Source: a virus (taxonomy: Duplodnaviria > Heunggongvirae > Uroviricota > Caudoviricetes). Taken from it: DNA of 40,099 bases. The DNA lies in the IMG/VR virus record IMGVR_UViG_3300035212_002004, positions 1-40,099 of that record; one strand, written 5' to 3'. The notes beneath the pieces were generated by a model. It saw only the letters and a program-made list of their open reading frames with translations. It ran no database searches and was not told where the DNA came from. A program made the translations under genes and the position numbers. Position 1 is the first letter of the stretch; the number at the start of each line of letters is the position of its first letter. Of this stretch, positions 27,397-35,861 are shown one piece after another.

Positions 27397-27679
27397 CTGA
27401 TGTATTAATTGATGTTTGTACTTCTCCATAAAATCCCTCCTCTGAGTACCATGCAGTTGCATACTCTCCTCCTTCTCTCCAATATGCTTTGTAGCTATTA
27501 TCCATTGAATCAAATTGACATATAACTACTTTTACTGAATCAGGCTTTGCATACATAACTGTACCGTAAGGATACTTTTCTTCATACACTGTTGCTGGTT
27601 GTTCCTGAAGTTGTTCTTCCTGCTTATTGTTACAGCTAATTGCTACAATTGCTAGTAATATTATTAGTATCTTATTCAT
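27389..27679 (-). CDS. putative lipoprotein
   Basis: MNKILIILLAIVAISC lipobox-like signal. Confidence 0.65.
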   Translation of the reverse strand: MNKILIILLAIVAISCNNKQEEQLQEQPATVYEEKYPYGTVMYAKPDSVKVVICQFDSMDNSYKAYWREGGEYATAWYSEEGFYGEVQTSINTSDE

Positions 27680-27866
27680 CTAAATACTTATTGAAGGTTT
27701 CTTTGGCTTTTTCTAAATTTTCCTTATCCTCTTCCATTATAGTTAGAATAATAAAGTTTGCTTCTTCTTCAGTACATTTATGATCTATTATTTTAATATA
27801 AGTGTAAAGATCAACTCCTAATTCATGTGCGATGGCATCATCCATCATATCAAATAATCCTCCCAT
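27672..27866 (-). CDS. hypothetical protein
   Basis: 64 aa, overlapping start/stop packing. Confidence 0.6.
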   Translation of the reverse strand: MGGLFDMMDDAIAHELGVDLYTYIKIIDHKCTEEEANFIILTIMEEDKENLEKAKETFNKYLDE

Positions 27867-28090
27867 TAGTTTTTATTTTTTATATCTTGTTTTAAGCTCC
27901 ATAATAAATTTTCAAACTTATCATTAATATGTGTAGTTTGGTAATAAGGCATTCCTTCCTCTCTTAATCTCTTAATATACAGTCTTACTACTTTTTTGAC
28001 ATTGATACGATGTCTTAATGTCTCGCATGAATTAATTATTTTCTCAATCCAAATTTCAATATCTACTGGTGTGTTGCTTTCTGCTGCCAT
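27866..28090 (-). CDS. hypothetical protein
   Basis: 74 aa, TAATG coupling. Confidence 0.6.
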   Translation of the reverse strand: MAAESNTPVDIEIWIEKIINSCETLRHRINVKKVVRLYIKRLREEGMPYYQTTHINDKFENLLWSLKQDIKNKN

Positions 28091-28326
28091 TATAGACTAT
28101 TAAATTGTAAATATTTTGAAGCCTCTACCATCTCTAGGAATTTTTTAATAGCAGATGATTCTGATATTTTTCTTCCTGAGGGTGTTGTATGTTCTACTCT
28201 AGATTGTTCTTGAGATGCTCCCCAGTAACTAAAGTATTTTTTTGTTTTAGTATCTTGTACTAGTACTACTTTACTGTCTCCTACATTAGCTTGTGCTAAA
28301 AATCTGCAATCGTTATATTTTTTCAT
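28090..28326 (-). CDS. hypothetical protein
   Basis: 78 aa, TAATG coupling. Confidence 0.6.
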   Translation of the reverse strand: MKKYNDCRFLAQANVGDSKVVLVQDTKTKKYFSYWGASQEQSRVEHTTPSGRKISESSAIKKFLEMVEASKYLQFNSL

Positions 28327-28330
28327 TGTT

Positions 28331-28564
28331 TTATTTTTTATAATTTCTGTCTATTAAATTGTACCAAGTTAAAATTCCTACTAAGTGATACATTGACAAA
28401 GAGTCTGTGTACATTGAACCTTCTTCACCTTCTTCTACAAATTGAACTTCGTACTGGTCTCCTGTAACTATTACGGTACATTCTGAGTTGCTGTAACTAT
28501 CTCCTCCAATTCCTTTAAATCCATTCTTAAGTAGGAAGGATGCTATGTGAGAGTTTGGTTCCAT
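28331..28564 (-). CDS. hypothetical protein
   Basis: 77 aa, TAATG coupling. Confidence 0.6.
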   Translation of the reverse strand: MEPNSHIASFLLKNGFKGIGGDSYSNSECTVIVTGDQYEVQFVEEGEEGSMYTDSLSMYHLVGILTWYNLIDRNYKK

Positions 28565-28911
28565 TATAAATTATTTAATACTGTGTCGAGCATGTTTGTT
28601 TCATTTACAAATAACTTGTTCTCAAGAATTTGTCTGTTGTCTTCTAAGTGTGCATGAATATTATTTACAATAACTTCATATGCTTTTGGATGTAAAGACT
28701 TTGAGAAAGAGAATTTAGAATTTGTAAGCTGAATGCCACTATCTCTTAAAAGAATGTAGTAATGTTTTTGCTCATTGATAAGAAAGTACTTATCTGTGAG
28801 TGGAGTCATCTTTAGAGATGTCTTAGGATGTTGTAATAGTTTGGCAACTATTTCAATGAATTGTTGCTCTTGTGGTGTGGGTGTGTACTTGAAAAACTTT
28901 TTGAATATCAT
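28564..28911 (-). CDS. hypothetical protein
   Basis: 115 aa, AAAGGTTATG start context. Confidence 0.65.
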   Translation of the reverse strand: MIFKKFFKYTPTPQEQQFIEIVAKLLQHPKTSLKMTPLTDKYFLINEQKHYYILLRDSGIQLTNSKFSFSKSLHPKAYEVIVNNIHAHLEDNRQILENKLFVNETNMLDTVLNNL

Positions 28912-28916
28912 AACCT

Positions 28917-29255
28917 TTATTTTTTATTTAACCAATTATTAAACTGCCCTGCATATTCAGATCCTTTAAGAACAATCCAAATTACTACTCCTAGTATAAG
29001 TCCAATTACTATTATTACCCATGTCACTGGTGCTAAATAAGCCCACCAATGATGTCCAATAACTTTAACATCATCATCATACTTTAGATCTTCCCAATTT
29101 AGGACTATCATAAAAAATGCTGGAATGCTTATTAAAAATATAGTACCGAGTGCTACGTCCTCTCCCATACAGCATAAAATTATAAATGCTAATAGAGCTA
29201 ATCCGTTCCAAAAGAAGACACTATTTGGTGTGTCTTTAAAAAATTGTTTTATCAT
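28917..29255 (-). CDS. membrane protein (about 3 TM)
   Basis: long hydrophobic stretches; first gene after promoter 29274-29305. Confidence 0.65.
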   Translation of the reverse strand: MIKQFFKDTPNSVFFWNGLALLAFIILCCMGEDVALGTIFLISIPAFFMIVLNWEDLKYDDDVKVIGHHWWAYLAPVTWVIIVIGLILGVVIWIVLKGSEYAGQFNNWLNKK

Positions 29256-29273
29256 AACCTTTTTATTTATAGT

Positions 29274-29311
29274 ATAATATACGAAAAAAGACTTGAGTAA
29301 ACAAGCCTTTT
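29274..29311 (-). promoter_or_regulatory. promoter (CTTG-N20-TATATTAT) overlapping a terminator-like hairpin
   Basis: minus strand AAAAGGCTTG-TTTACT-CAAGTCTTTTTT-CGTATATTAT. Confidence 0.7.
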
Positions 29312-29316
29312 ATCAT

Positions 29317-30036
29317 TTATTTTACAAATTCTATTGTATTTTTTTCTTTATCCCAATCAAATGTCATTGGCTTTTGAGTGTATTCGTAACTCTCATCCAG
29401 TACTGAAGCATTGAAGAAGTGTGTACCATCTTTAAACACATAGCCGTATCCTGAATGTATGTGACCACAGATATGAATTTTAGGTCTTAGTCTTTCAATT
29501 CTTTGTGCTAGCAACTCACATCCTAAAGCATCCCAAGGACGACCTACTACTGTATCTAAAGTTCCAAATGCTGGACCATGAGTAATAAGAATGTCTGTGT
29601 TGTCAGGAATTGCTTCCCACTTACCTGCTAATTGTATTCCATTTTTAGGAAGATTAAATGCCCAAGAATAAAATTCTGGTTGCCAAGGTGAACCGTAAAT
29701 ACGAATATTGTCTTCTGTATGATCCCCATTTGGACCATCAAAGTACATTGTTACTTGCTCGTCTTCTAGATAATCAATCATTGGGTAATCCTTCAAGTAT
29801 CCTTTTACTACTTCAGGCTCAAGTTCAAACAATCGATCATGATTACCTGCAATGAAGAATTTATCATTGTATCCTTTTATGTTTGAGAACCAAGTACAGA
29901 AATCATGGATATCATTTTTATTGTACCCTGAGTTCATTATGTCTCCTGCATGAATAAGAATATCTCCTCCAGGTAAATCTGTTAAGGGAATTAATCCATG
30001 TCTTGTATGCGTATCGCTCAAAATTGTCAGTCTCAT
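29317..30036 (-). CDS. calcineurin-like metallophosphoesterase (MPPED-like)
   Basis: SDTH, HAGD, AGNHD, YGSPWQP, LITHGP, CGHIH. Confidence 0.92.
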   Translation of the reverse strand: MRLTILSDTHTRHGLIPLTDLPGGDILIHAGDIMNSGYNKNDIHDFCTWFSNIKGYNDKFFIAGNHDRLFELEPEVVKGYLKDYPMIDYLEDEQVTMYFDGPNGDHTEDNIRIYGSPWQPEFYSWAFNLPKNGIQLAGKWEAIPDNTDILITHGPAFGTLDTVVGRPWDALGCELLAQRIERLRPKIHICGHIHSGYGYVFKDGTHFFNASVLDESYEYTQKPMTFDWDKEKNTIEFVK

Positions 30037-30037
30037 T

Positions 30038-30883
30038 TTATTCTATTTTTAATCTCTTTTTTACTAATCTCTTTAATGCTTTTTGTTTTACAACATTGCT
30101 TCCTGGTTTAGAAACAAATTCCCAAAACTCCTCTATCGATAATACTTTTGCATTTACTATGACGTAGTACTGTGCTGTTTCAAATGTTGAGAAGTATTTT
30201 CTTTCACTATACTGTCCACATCCATCAGATGCATTAGGTGCTAAACTAATCTTAAGATTTGTATCTACAAAATAGTATGAGTATCCTTTCTTAATACCAA
30301 CTCCATCTTCTGTTGTAAAAAGTACTTTGTTTTTTTCAATATACTCTTCGGCTGCTGCTCTTGTTTCGAAGTATACATTTCGATCAGAATAAAATTTTAC
30401 TTCGGGATATGCTATAGTGTAGTGGAAGTATAGATTTTCTTTATTTACATACCATATTGTATCTCCTGCAAAAATATCTTTCCCATCGTGTGTTAAAAAG
30501 ATTGGATTTTCTACTTTAATAGCATGGGTCATATGTGAACTACCTGAATCATATCTAAACCATATTCCTTGTTTAACTAAGGCTTTACTATCATTTACAA
30601 CAATCTCAGTAATAGTTTTTATAGAACCATATTCATACACTTTTACTTTATCACCTACTGTAAATACTTCTCCATCTGAGAGACGTTTTACTGAGAGTAT
30701 TTGTGGTGGTACTATTCTTGATATCAGTATTTCATAATCTTTCTCAATTACTTCTTCCCAGTATTCAGGATAAGTTTCATAATAGATAGTTCCTTTCCAA
30801 AGATCAATTTTATTTTCACTACTAGCAATAATGCCTAAGGGTAAACTTCCTGGATATTCTTTTATAAGTCTATATTTTTTCAT
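30038..30883 (-). CDS. hypothetical protein with internal repeats
   Basis: repeated (T/S)xDGxxxxxGD and YF.T...A..Y modules. Confidence 0.7.
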   Translation of the reverse strand: MKKYRLIKEYPGSLPLGIIASSENKIDLWKGTIYYETYPEYWEEVIEKDYEILISRIVPPQILSVKRLSDGEVFTVGDKVKVYEYGSIKTITEIVVNDSKALVKQGIWFRYDSGSSHMTHAIKVENPIFLTHDGKDIFAGDTIWYVNKENLYFHYTIAYPEVKFYSDRNVYFETRAAAEEYIEKNKVLFTTEDGVGIKKGYSYYFVDTNLKISLAPNASDGCGQYSERKYFSTFETAQYYVIVNAKVLSIEEFWEFVSKPGSNVVKQKALKRLVKKRLKIE

Positions 30884-30901
30884 TTTATCTTTTTATATAA
30901 C

Positions 30902-30933
30902 TAAATATACGAAATTTATTTTAAAAATCCTAA
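30902..30933 (-). promoter_or_regulatory. promoter copy (TTAG-N20-TATATTTA)
   Basis: TTCGTATATTTAG core, same spacing. Confidence 0.65.
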
Positions 30934-31494
30934 TATTTTTTCTTTTATTCCTGATTGTTTTATTCCTTCTGACATTCTAGGAGTTTCAACAAAATTGGTC
31001 AATCCCCACTTGCTACTACCATCAGACATGTTAGGGTAGATTCCCATTTTTAAATCATCTACTGCTACCCAGTGAGTAATTTCAGGATGATCTGTTAGAA
31101 ATTGATTTATTTCTAATGCTCTTTGTTGTTCGTACATTGAACTTCTATGCCAAACAAAATCATCAACCCTATCACAACCAATATATCTTTTGGTACAAGC
31201 TATTGGAGATTTTACTATACCTTGTTCTAAATAGTATCCTTGCAATTCTTCTAGAGTAGCATGTAGTTTCCAATCTGAGGATACTACTATTTCGGCACCA
31301 GTTTCTTCTAGAATACAATTTAATACCTTAATTGCTTTTTTATCAAAGTCATCAAACCTATAGTAAACAGGAGCATTAGTATCGCTTAATTCTTCTGGGT
31401 TGAGTTTTTTATACTCTTTCCATTTTTTGGTTCTTCCACCCCAGTTGTTATCTAAGCAAATTACTCCATCATTATCCAAGAATATTACTTTCAT
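30916..31494 (-). CDS. HAD phosphatase of the Swiss-Army-knife RNA repair type
   Basis: KVIFLDNDGV (DxD), IVVSSDWK, R..EI, WVAVDD; start MKVIF at 31494 (ATGA overlap). Confidence 0.8.
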   Translation of the reverse strand: MKVIFLDNDGVICLDNNWGGRTKKWKEYKKLNPEELSDTNAPVYYRFDDFDKKAIKVLNCILEETGAEIVVSSDWKLHATLEELQGYYLEQGIVKSPIACTKRYIGCDRVDDFVWHRSSMYEQQRALEINQFLTDHPEITHWVAVDDLKMGIYPNMSDGSSKWGLTNFVETPRMSEGIKQSGIKEKILGFLK

Positions 31495-31898
31495 ACTGTA
31501 TGTTCTATTTGTACTCTTACACAATTCTGAGGTAATCTGTGGATATGTCTGTAGTTGTTTATGTACCCCATCATGTTGCCACTACCGACTGCATTTGCAG
31601 AATGTACTACAACATCAACAACACAAGCTCCATCCAACCATTGATTGACCAACCATTTTGTGCAATCCATTCCAGTCTTCTCTGTAATATTATCATAGTT
31701 TAAAGTATAGTTGTAATATACATTTTTATGCCATTCAGCCATTGCTGTATCTCCTAAATCGTGATCTAGAGAGATTACATCTATGTTTTCCAATCCAATG
31801 TAAGTGACTGTATCAACAAATTGTTCGTAGTTTCTTACTACGGTCCAAGATGGATCAACAGGTGTTCTTACATCGTCTAAGTATATTTTCTTTTTCAT
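31491..31898 (-). CDS. cyclic-phosphate processing receiver-domain protein
   Basis: IYLDDVRTP, W.VVRNY, ISLDHDLG, TGMDC.KWL, VHSAN.VG; start MKKKIY at 31898. Confidence 0.8.
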   Translation of the reverse strand: MKKKIYLDDVRTPVDPSWTVVRNYEQFVDTVTYIGLENIDVISLDHDLGDTAMAEWHKNVYYNYTLNYDNITEKTGMDCTKWLVNQWLDGACVVDVVVHSANAVGSGNMMGYINNYRHIHRLPQNCVRVQIEHTV

Positions 31899-31899
31899 C

Positions 31900-32154
31900 T
31901 TATTTCTTTTTAAATTGTTCAAACCATTTAGCAATACTATGAGGTGTTCCTGAAGATGAATTTATATCTCGTGAAGAAAATTCCATAAGTAACTTAAACA
32001 CTTCTTCCTCACTATAACTTTTTTCTTGTTGCCATTTAGCACCTTCAATCCATTTTTCTCTGAAAACTTCTCCTATATCATCATATATTTCACTTTCATA
32101 TCCATCATTTGGGTATATTTTATTTGATGCTTCTTCAAGTGTTTCTTGTTTCAT
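31900..32154 (-). CDS. hypothetical modular protein (KQETLEE / GAKWQQE-YSEEEV / WFEQFKKK blocks)
   Basis: shares three DNA blocks with the C-terminus of 32243-33184. Confidence 0.7.
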   Translation of the reverse strand: MKQETLEEASNKIYPNDGYESEIYDDIGEVFREKWIEGAKWQQEKSYSEEEVFKLLMEFSSRDINSSSGTPHSIAKWFEQFKKK

Positions 32155-32155
32155 C

Positions 32156-32239
32156 TTATTTCTTTTTAAATTTATTTTCCACTAATAAGGTTATTATAAC
32201 ACAAATTATAAACCAAAAAACCATAAACTTAATATCCAT
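32156..32239 (-). CDS. small membrane peptide (27 aa)
   Basis: MDIKFMVFWFIICVIITLLVENKFKKK; exactly fills the gap and ends in the same FKKK-stop junction as its neighbours. Confidence 0.55.
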   Translation of the reverse strand: MDIKFMVFWFIICVIITLLVENKFKKK

Positions 32240-32242
32240 ATC

Positions 32243-33184
32243 TTATTTCTTTTTAAATTGTTCAAACCATTTATTATCTTCAAATGCATTAGACGAAATT
32301 CCAAACCAATTTAATCTTAGTTTTAATATTTCCTTAACTTCTTCCTCACTATAACTTCTTTCTTGTTGCCATTTAGCACCCGCAATAAATCCATTTTTTG
32401 TAGTTACTAATAAAGGTTGTTTAGCATAATTTAAAGCAACTTCTTCAAGTGTTTCTTGTTTAGCATTTGCAATAAATCTTTCCACTATTTTATCTTGTTT
32501 AGGTAATGAGTCGTAAGCCATTTTAGCATTCATTTGCATAATTTTTGTTATCATACATTCTTGTTTAGGTTCTTCTTCTATTCCTTTACAAGTTTTTGTT
32601 AAATAACCAAGACATTCATCTGTACAAGTGCAAGTTTCTTCTGTTGGTTTAAAATCTTCCACAGTTCCTCCATTTTTAAAATGTTGAACAAAATGTTCTT
32701 TACCTTTAATAGATTTTTCTAGTCCTTCTTTTATTTTTGAATAATCTTTTGGAATGATTATTTTGTATTCCCAACCTTTTTTTATATCAAAAAAATTCTT
32801 AGGTTCGTAGATAGTATCAACCTCTTCACAACTTGGATTCTTAACAAACCATTCTAAAAATTCATCATCAATAGATTGTACACCATCTTTGATTAAGTCT
32901 TGGTCTGTTGTTAGGATTATTTTTTTAAACCATCTATTTACATAGGTATTAGATTCCCCAATCCATTTAGTTATTTTATTAAAATTAGTATCGTAATACC
33001 ATTCATTTTCTTCTCCTTCTTTAATTTCTTCATCAGAAGTTATGTAGATGTGTTGGTTTTGAGTTCCACTGCCAAAATTCTCTGTAAACTCTGGATTATT
33101 AGAAGTAATACCTAATTTGTTATTTGATTTAATTAAGTAAATTCTACTTGGTTTGTCTGTTGGCAATACGTGTAAGTTTTTCAT
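32243..33184 (-). CDS. hypothetical modular protein
   Basis: 313 aa, MKNLHVLPTDKPSR, KIILTTDQDLIKDGVQ, PKQE repeats, modular C-terminus. Confidence 0.75.
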   Translation of the reverse strand: MKNLHVLPTDKPSRIYLIKSNNKLGITSNNPEFTENFGSGTQNQHIYITSDEEIKEGEENEWYYDTNFNKITKWIGESNTYVNRWFKKIILTTDQDLIKDGVQSIDDEFLEWFVKNPSCEEVDTIYEPKNFFDIKKGWEYKIIIPKDYSKIKEGLEKSIKGKEHFVQHFKNGGTVEDFKPTEETCTCTDECLGYLTKTCKGIEEEPKQECMITKIMQMNAKMAYDSLPKQDKIVERFIANAKQETLEEVALNYAKQPLLVTTKNGFIAGAKWQQERSYSEEEVKEILKLRLNWFGISSNAFEDNKWFEQFKKK

Positions 33185-33213
33185 AACCTTTTATGTTTTT
33201 AAATTTCTATACC

Positions 33214-33245
33214 TAAATATACGAATAATATTTCAATATACCAAA
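33214..33245 (-). promoter_or_regulatory. promoter (TTTG-N20-TATATTTA)
   Basis: minus strand TTTG-gtatattgaaatattattcg-TATATTTA. Confidence 0.8.
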
Positions 33246-33265
33246 CTTTTTTTAATTTATTTCTA

Positions 33266-33883
33266 CTAGTCCCACCAACCCTCGATATTCTGTTCCATTA
33301 TTTTAAACAACAGCTTCCTTGCCCTATCGTGATTCAAATGACCTATATTCATAGCAATTATTCTTTTTATATCAGATTCATCCCTACCGTCTAGTGTAAA
33401 CACTCCTTCTCCTTTCATTATTTTTTTATATACTAAAGGGTACTTTTTAAAGTACTCATCATACTTTTCCCATACCTCTTCTGAGTTGTACTGAGAAGAT
33501 CCTGGTCTGTCTTCACAATCTGTAAACCATACTCTGTCTTTGCAGTAGTCCATGTACTCCATTGCATAATCTTCTTCCTGTACTTTCTTAATTAAAGAGA
33601 TACAAAGTCTCATTCTTTTAGCATCAAGCTGTGCTCGGGTATGTCTGTCTTTACTACCAATGTAATTGGCTTGTGCTTCCAATTTATGTTGTAGTATTTC
33701 AAAGATGTAATGACCGTCCCAATCTCTATCCTTCCAGATAATTGGAAACCAGTACCAAATATTTATTACTCCTTGTTTAAAGTACTTGTGATAGTACTTT
33801 CCGTCATGTGCCCACCAAAGGTATATTCTTCTGAATAAGTTTGGTTTAGGTCTGTTGTTTAAGTCTTCGAAAAAATCTTGCAT
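33266..33883 (-). CDS. hypothetical protein
   Basis: 205 aa, WFPIIWKDRDWD, C-terminal GWWD. Confidence 0.75.
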   Translation of the reverse strand: MQDFFEDLNNRPKPNLFRRIYLWWAHDGKYYHKYFKQGVINIWYWFPIIWKDRDWDGHYIFEILQHKLEAQANYIGSKDRHTRAQLDAKRMRLCISLIKKVQEEDYAMEYMDYCKDRVWFTDCEDRPGSSQYNSEEVWEKYDEYFKKYPLVYKKIMKGEGVFTLDGRDESDIKRIIAMNIGHLNHDRARKLLFKIMEQNIEGWWD

Positions 33884-33885
33884 AA

Positions 33886-34068
33886 TTATTGTATAAAGTT
33901 TTTTAATAATATTACCATAATTACAATTTCTATTAAATTAAGAATAAATATCCCTACTCCTACTTCACTATCCATTGTTTTTCTAAATGCCCAATTTAAC
34001 AAGTGCGTTAAAACTGTGTGTAATACAAATATTAGTATTACGATTGATAAAATTGATACTGTTACCAT
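33886..34068 (-). CDS. small 2-TM membrane protein
   Basis: two hydrophobic helices, 60 aa. Confidence 0.6.
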   Translation of the reverse strand: MVTVSILSIVILIFVLHTVLTHLLNWAFRKTMDSEVGVGIFILNLIEIVIMVILLKNFIQ

Positions 34069-34070
34069 AG

Positions 34071-34634
34071 TTAATTGAATTTATTTTTTAATTGTCTTTT
34101 GCTAATGATTGCTTTTAATCTCTGAACGTATGTCGGATCCTCAGCATAATTTTGTTTTAAGTACTCAAAGTATTCTCCTTCAGTTCTAAGATCGTGAAGG
34201 TAGGTTGAATAAAATAAAGCATAGTCAATAACTGATTCTTGCCATGTTTCATAAAATGCATGACCTCTACTTGTTCCTTTTGCTAAATTGGATCTTAGCT
34301 TAGCTTCCTTCATTCCAAATAGATTATTATTCTCTAAAAAGATACCTGACTTGTAGTGTCCTGTCTCTTGGTATGATTGAGCTAAAATAATGTAAGGGAA
34401 TTTAAAATTTAACTGTTTAATTTTCTCAATTAGCTTTGGTTCTGAGAATCCATTATGCTCTCTAATGACGATTAGTTTTTCTTCTTGAGAAAGATTTTCT
34501 ACCTTATTTGCAGGATTGGAAGTAAATCCAAATACTAATAATAATCCTACTGCTGCTCCTAAACCTATTAATGATTTATTACTAAGTTTTACTGTTTCGA
34601 AGTCTAATGTGTGTTGATTGAATTTATAATACAT
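34071..34634 (-). CDS. membrane-anchored glucosaminidase (GH73/FlgJ-like peptidoglycan hydrolase)
   Basis: AQSYQETG, NNLFGMK, Y.TWQESV.DY, YAEDP.Y; N-proximal hydrophobic segment. Confidence 0.85.
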   Translation of the reverse strand: MYYKFNQHTLDFETVKLSNKSLIGLGAAVGLLLVFGFTSNPANKVENLSQEEKLIVIREHNGFSEPKLIEKIKQLNFKFPYIILAQSYQETGHYKSGIFLENNNLFGMKEAKLRSNLAKGTSRGHAFYETWQESVIDYALFYSTYLHDLRTEGEYFEYLKQNYAEDPTYVQRLKAIISKRQLKNKFN

Positions 34635-34659
34635 AACCTTTTTTTAAATTTGTAATACC

Positions 34660-34691
34660 TAAATATACGAACTTTATTCTAATTCTCCAAC
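34660..34691 (-). promoter_or_regulatory. promoter (GTTG-N20-TATATTTA)
   Basis: minus strand GTTG-gagaattagaataaagttcg-TATATTTA. Confidence 0.75.
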
Positions 34692-34849
34692 TTTTTAACG
34701 CGAGAAGTTTTTAAACAATACAGCATATCATCTCCTATGTGTTCGTACTCTAAACCGTTGATTTCTACTGTTTTTCCGTGTTTCTTAGACGCTCTAATAT
34801 TTTTTAGTATTGGAGATATGTCTTCACAATATGTTCTTTTTCCTCTCAT
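34679..34849 (-). CDS. hypothetical protein (56 aa)
   Basis: MRGKRTYCEDISPILKN...KKLEN; fills the gap, below ORF-track cutoff. Confidence 0.5.
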   Translation of the reverse strand: MRGKRTYCEDISPILKNIRASKKHGKTVEINGLEYEHIGDDMLYCLKTSRVKKLEN

Positions 34850-34854
34850 AACAG

Positions 34855-35091
34855 TTATTTTATATTTGATTCTGGGTAGGCATTTAGGATTGAATTGCAG
34901 TCAACATATTCGTCACAATATTCAGAACCTGTATTGCCAGAATATTCATATTTAATTTTTGCTTTTTCACTTGCTTCTTTTAAAGCTGCTTCTACATGAA
35001 GTTTTGCAAATTCAATCAAAGCTTTATGGTGATTGTCTGGACCATATGTATGTTTAAATTTCATAAAGAATTTTTCTGCTGTTGGTATCAT
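34855..35091 (-). CDS. hypothetical protein
   Basis: IEFAKLHVEAALKEASEKA...SILNAYP; first gene after promoter. Confidence 0.65.
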   Translation of the reverse strand: MIPTAEKFFMKFKHTYGPDNHHKALIEFAKLHVEAALKEASEKAKIKYEYSGNTGSEYCDEYVDCNSILNAYPESNIK

Positions 35092-35119
35092 AACCTTTGT
35101 TTTATTTGTTTTTAATACT

Positions 35120-35158
35120 TAAATATACGAAAAAAAGCCTGCTGAAGCAAGCCTTTTA
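35120..35158 (-). promoter_or_regulatory. promoter (CTTG-N20-TATATTTA) overlapping a terminator-like hairpin
   Basis: minus strand AAAAGGCTTGC-TTCA-GCAGGCTTTTTTT-CGTATATTTA. Confidence 0.75.
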
Positions 35159-35168
35159 TCAATTATTT

Positions 35169-35861
35169 TTAAATTATTTTGTCTCTTTTTTTAATATTAT
35201 CTAGATGCCACATAGGTCTTAAATTAGAATAATGATTTAATTTTTTAACTTCTTCTAAGGTATTAGCTGAACTAATAGGGGTAAAGTGATCTATAGACCA
35301 ATCTGTTTCTACTTTATTACCATAGTTACTCCAATTCATTCCTTCAGTAAATTGATTTTCTAAATGTTGTTTGAAATCTTCCCAACTGTCTAATCCTATT
35401 ATATTTAAAGTAGGAAGGTCTTTAGTAGAATTAATTTCTCTAATCCTCATAGAGATAGAAGCTCTCATATTTTGAGATAATTTAAATACAGGATCATTTT
35501 GTTTACGAACTTTCATATACTCATTATCTCTTTGTTTAATATGAGGTTGAGCATTATAAAGCTTACGTTTATCTTTATTTTCAATATTATATTGAGTCTG
35601 TTTTAACTTTCTATAATCTTGATCTTTTAAATAAGCAACCTTATTCCTTTCAGAATATGTTTCTTTATTATTAAAATAACGTTGTTGTTGTTTTTCTTTT
35701 ATTAAACTTTGATTTTTTGTTTGAAAGGTTTCAACTTGGAATTTCCAACAAATTTTACAAACAGGCATTACACCATATTTGCATCCTTCTTTCTTATAAA
35801 ATTCTAGGGTAGATTTTTCCTGCTCGCATTGGGAGCATTTCTTTTGAATATGTATCGTCAT
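35169..35861 (-). CDS. HNH-type endonuclease with N-terminal Zn finger
   Basis: CSQC...FY...CKIC; HLENQF.EGMNWSNYG, WSIDHFTP, LNHYSNLRPMW..DN..K. Confidence 0.8.
   Translation of the reverse strand: MTIHIQKKCSQCEQEKSTLEFYKKEGCKYGVMPVCKICWKFQVETFQTKNQSLIKEKQQQRYFNNKETYSERNKVAYLKDQDYRKLKQTQYNIENKDKRKLYNAQPHIKQRDNEYMKVRKQNDPVFKLSQNMRASISMRIREINSTKDLPTLNIIGLDSWEDFKQHLENQFTEGMNWSNYGNKVETDWSIDHFTPISSANTLEEVKKLNHYSNLRPMWHLDNIKKRDKII

Larger units (their letters stand above)
31897..32461. repeat. interspersed direct repeats: 34 nt (31897-31930 = 32240-32273), 44 nt (32000-32043 vs 32337-32380, 1 mismatch), 22 nt (32130-32151 = 32440-32461), 18-nt junction also at 32153-32170
   Basis: direct comparison of the sequence. 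Confidence 0.9.

Noticed and set aside
31897-32461. CRISPR array or diversity-generating retroelement TR/VR pair
   Set aside because: Three different blocks in coding frame rather than one repeat with uniform spacers; differences are whole-segment replacements rather than adenine-specific; no reverse transcriptase or cas operon in the window.
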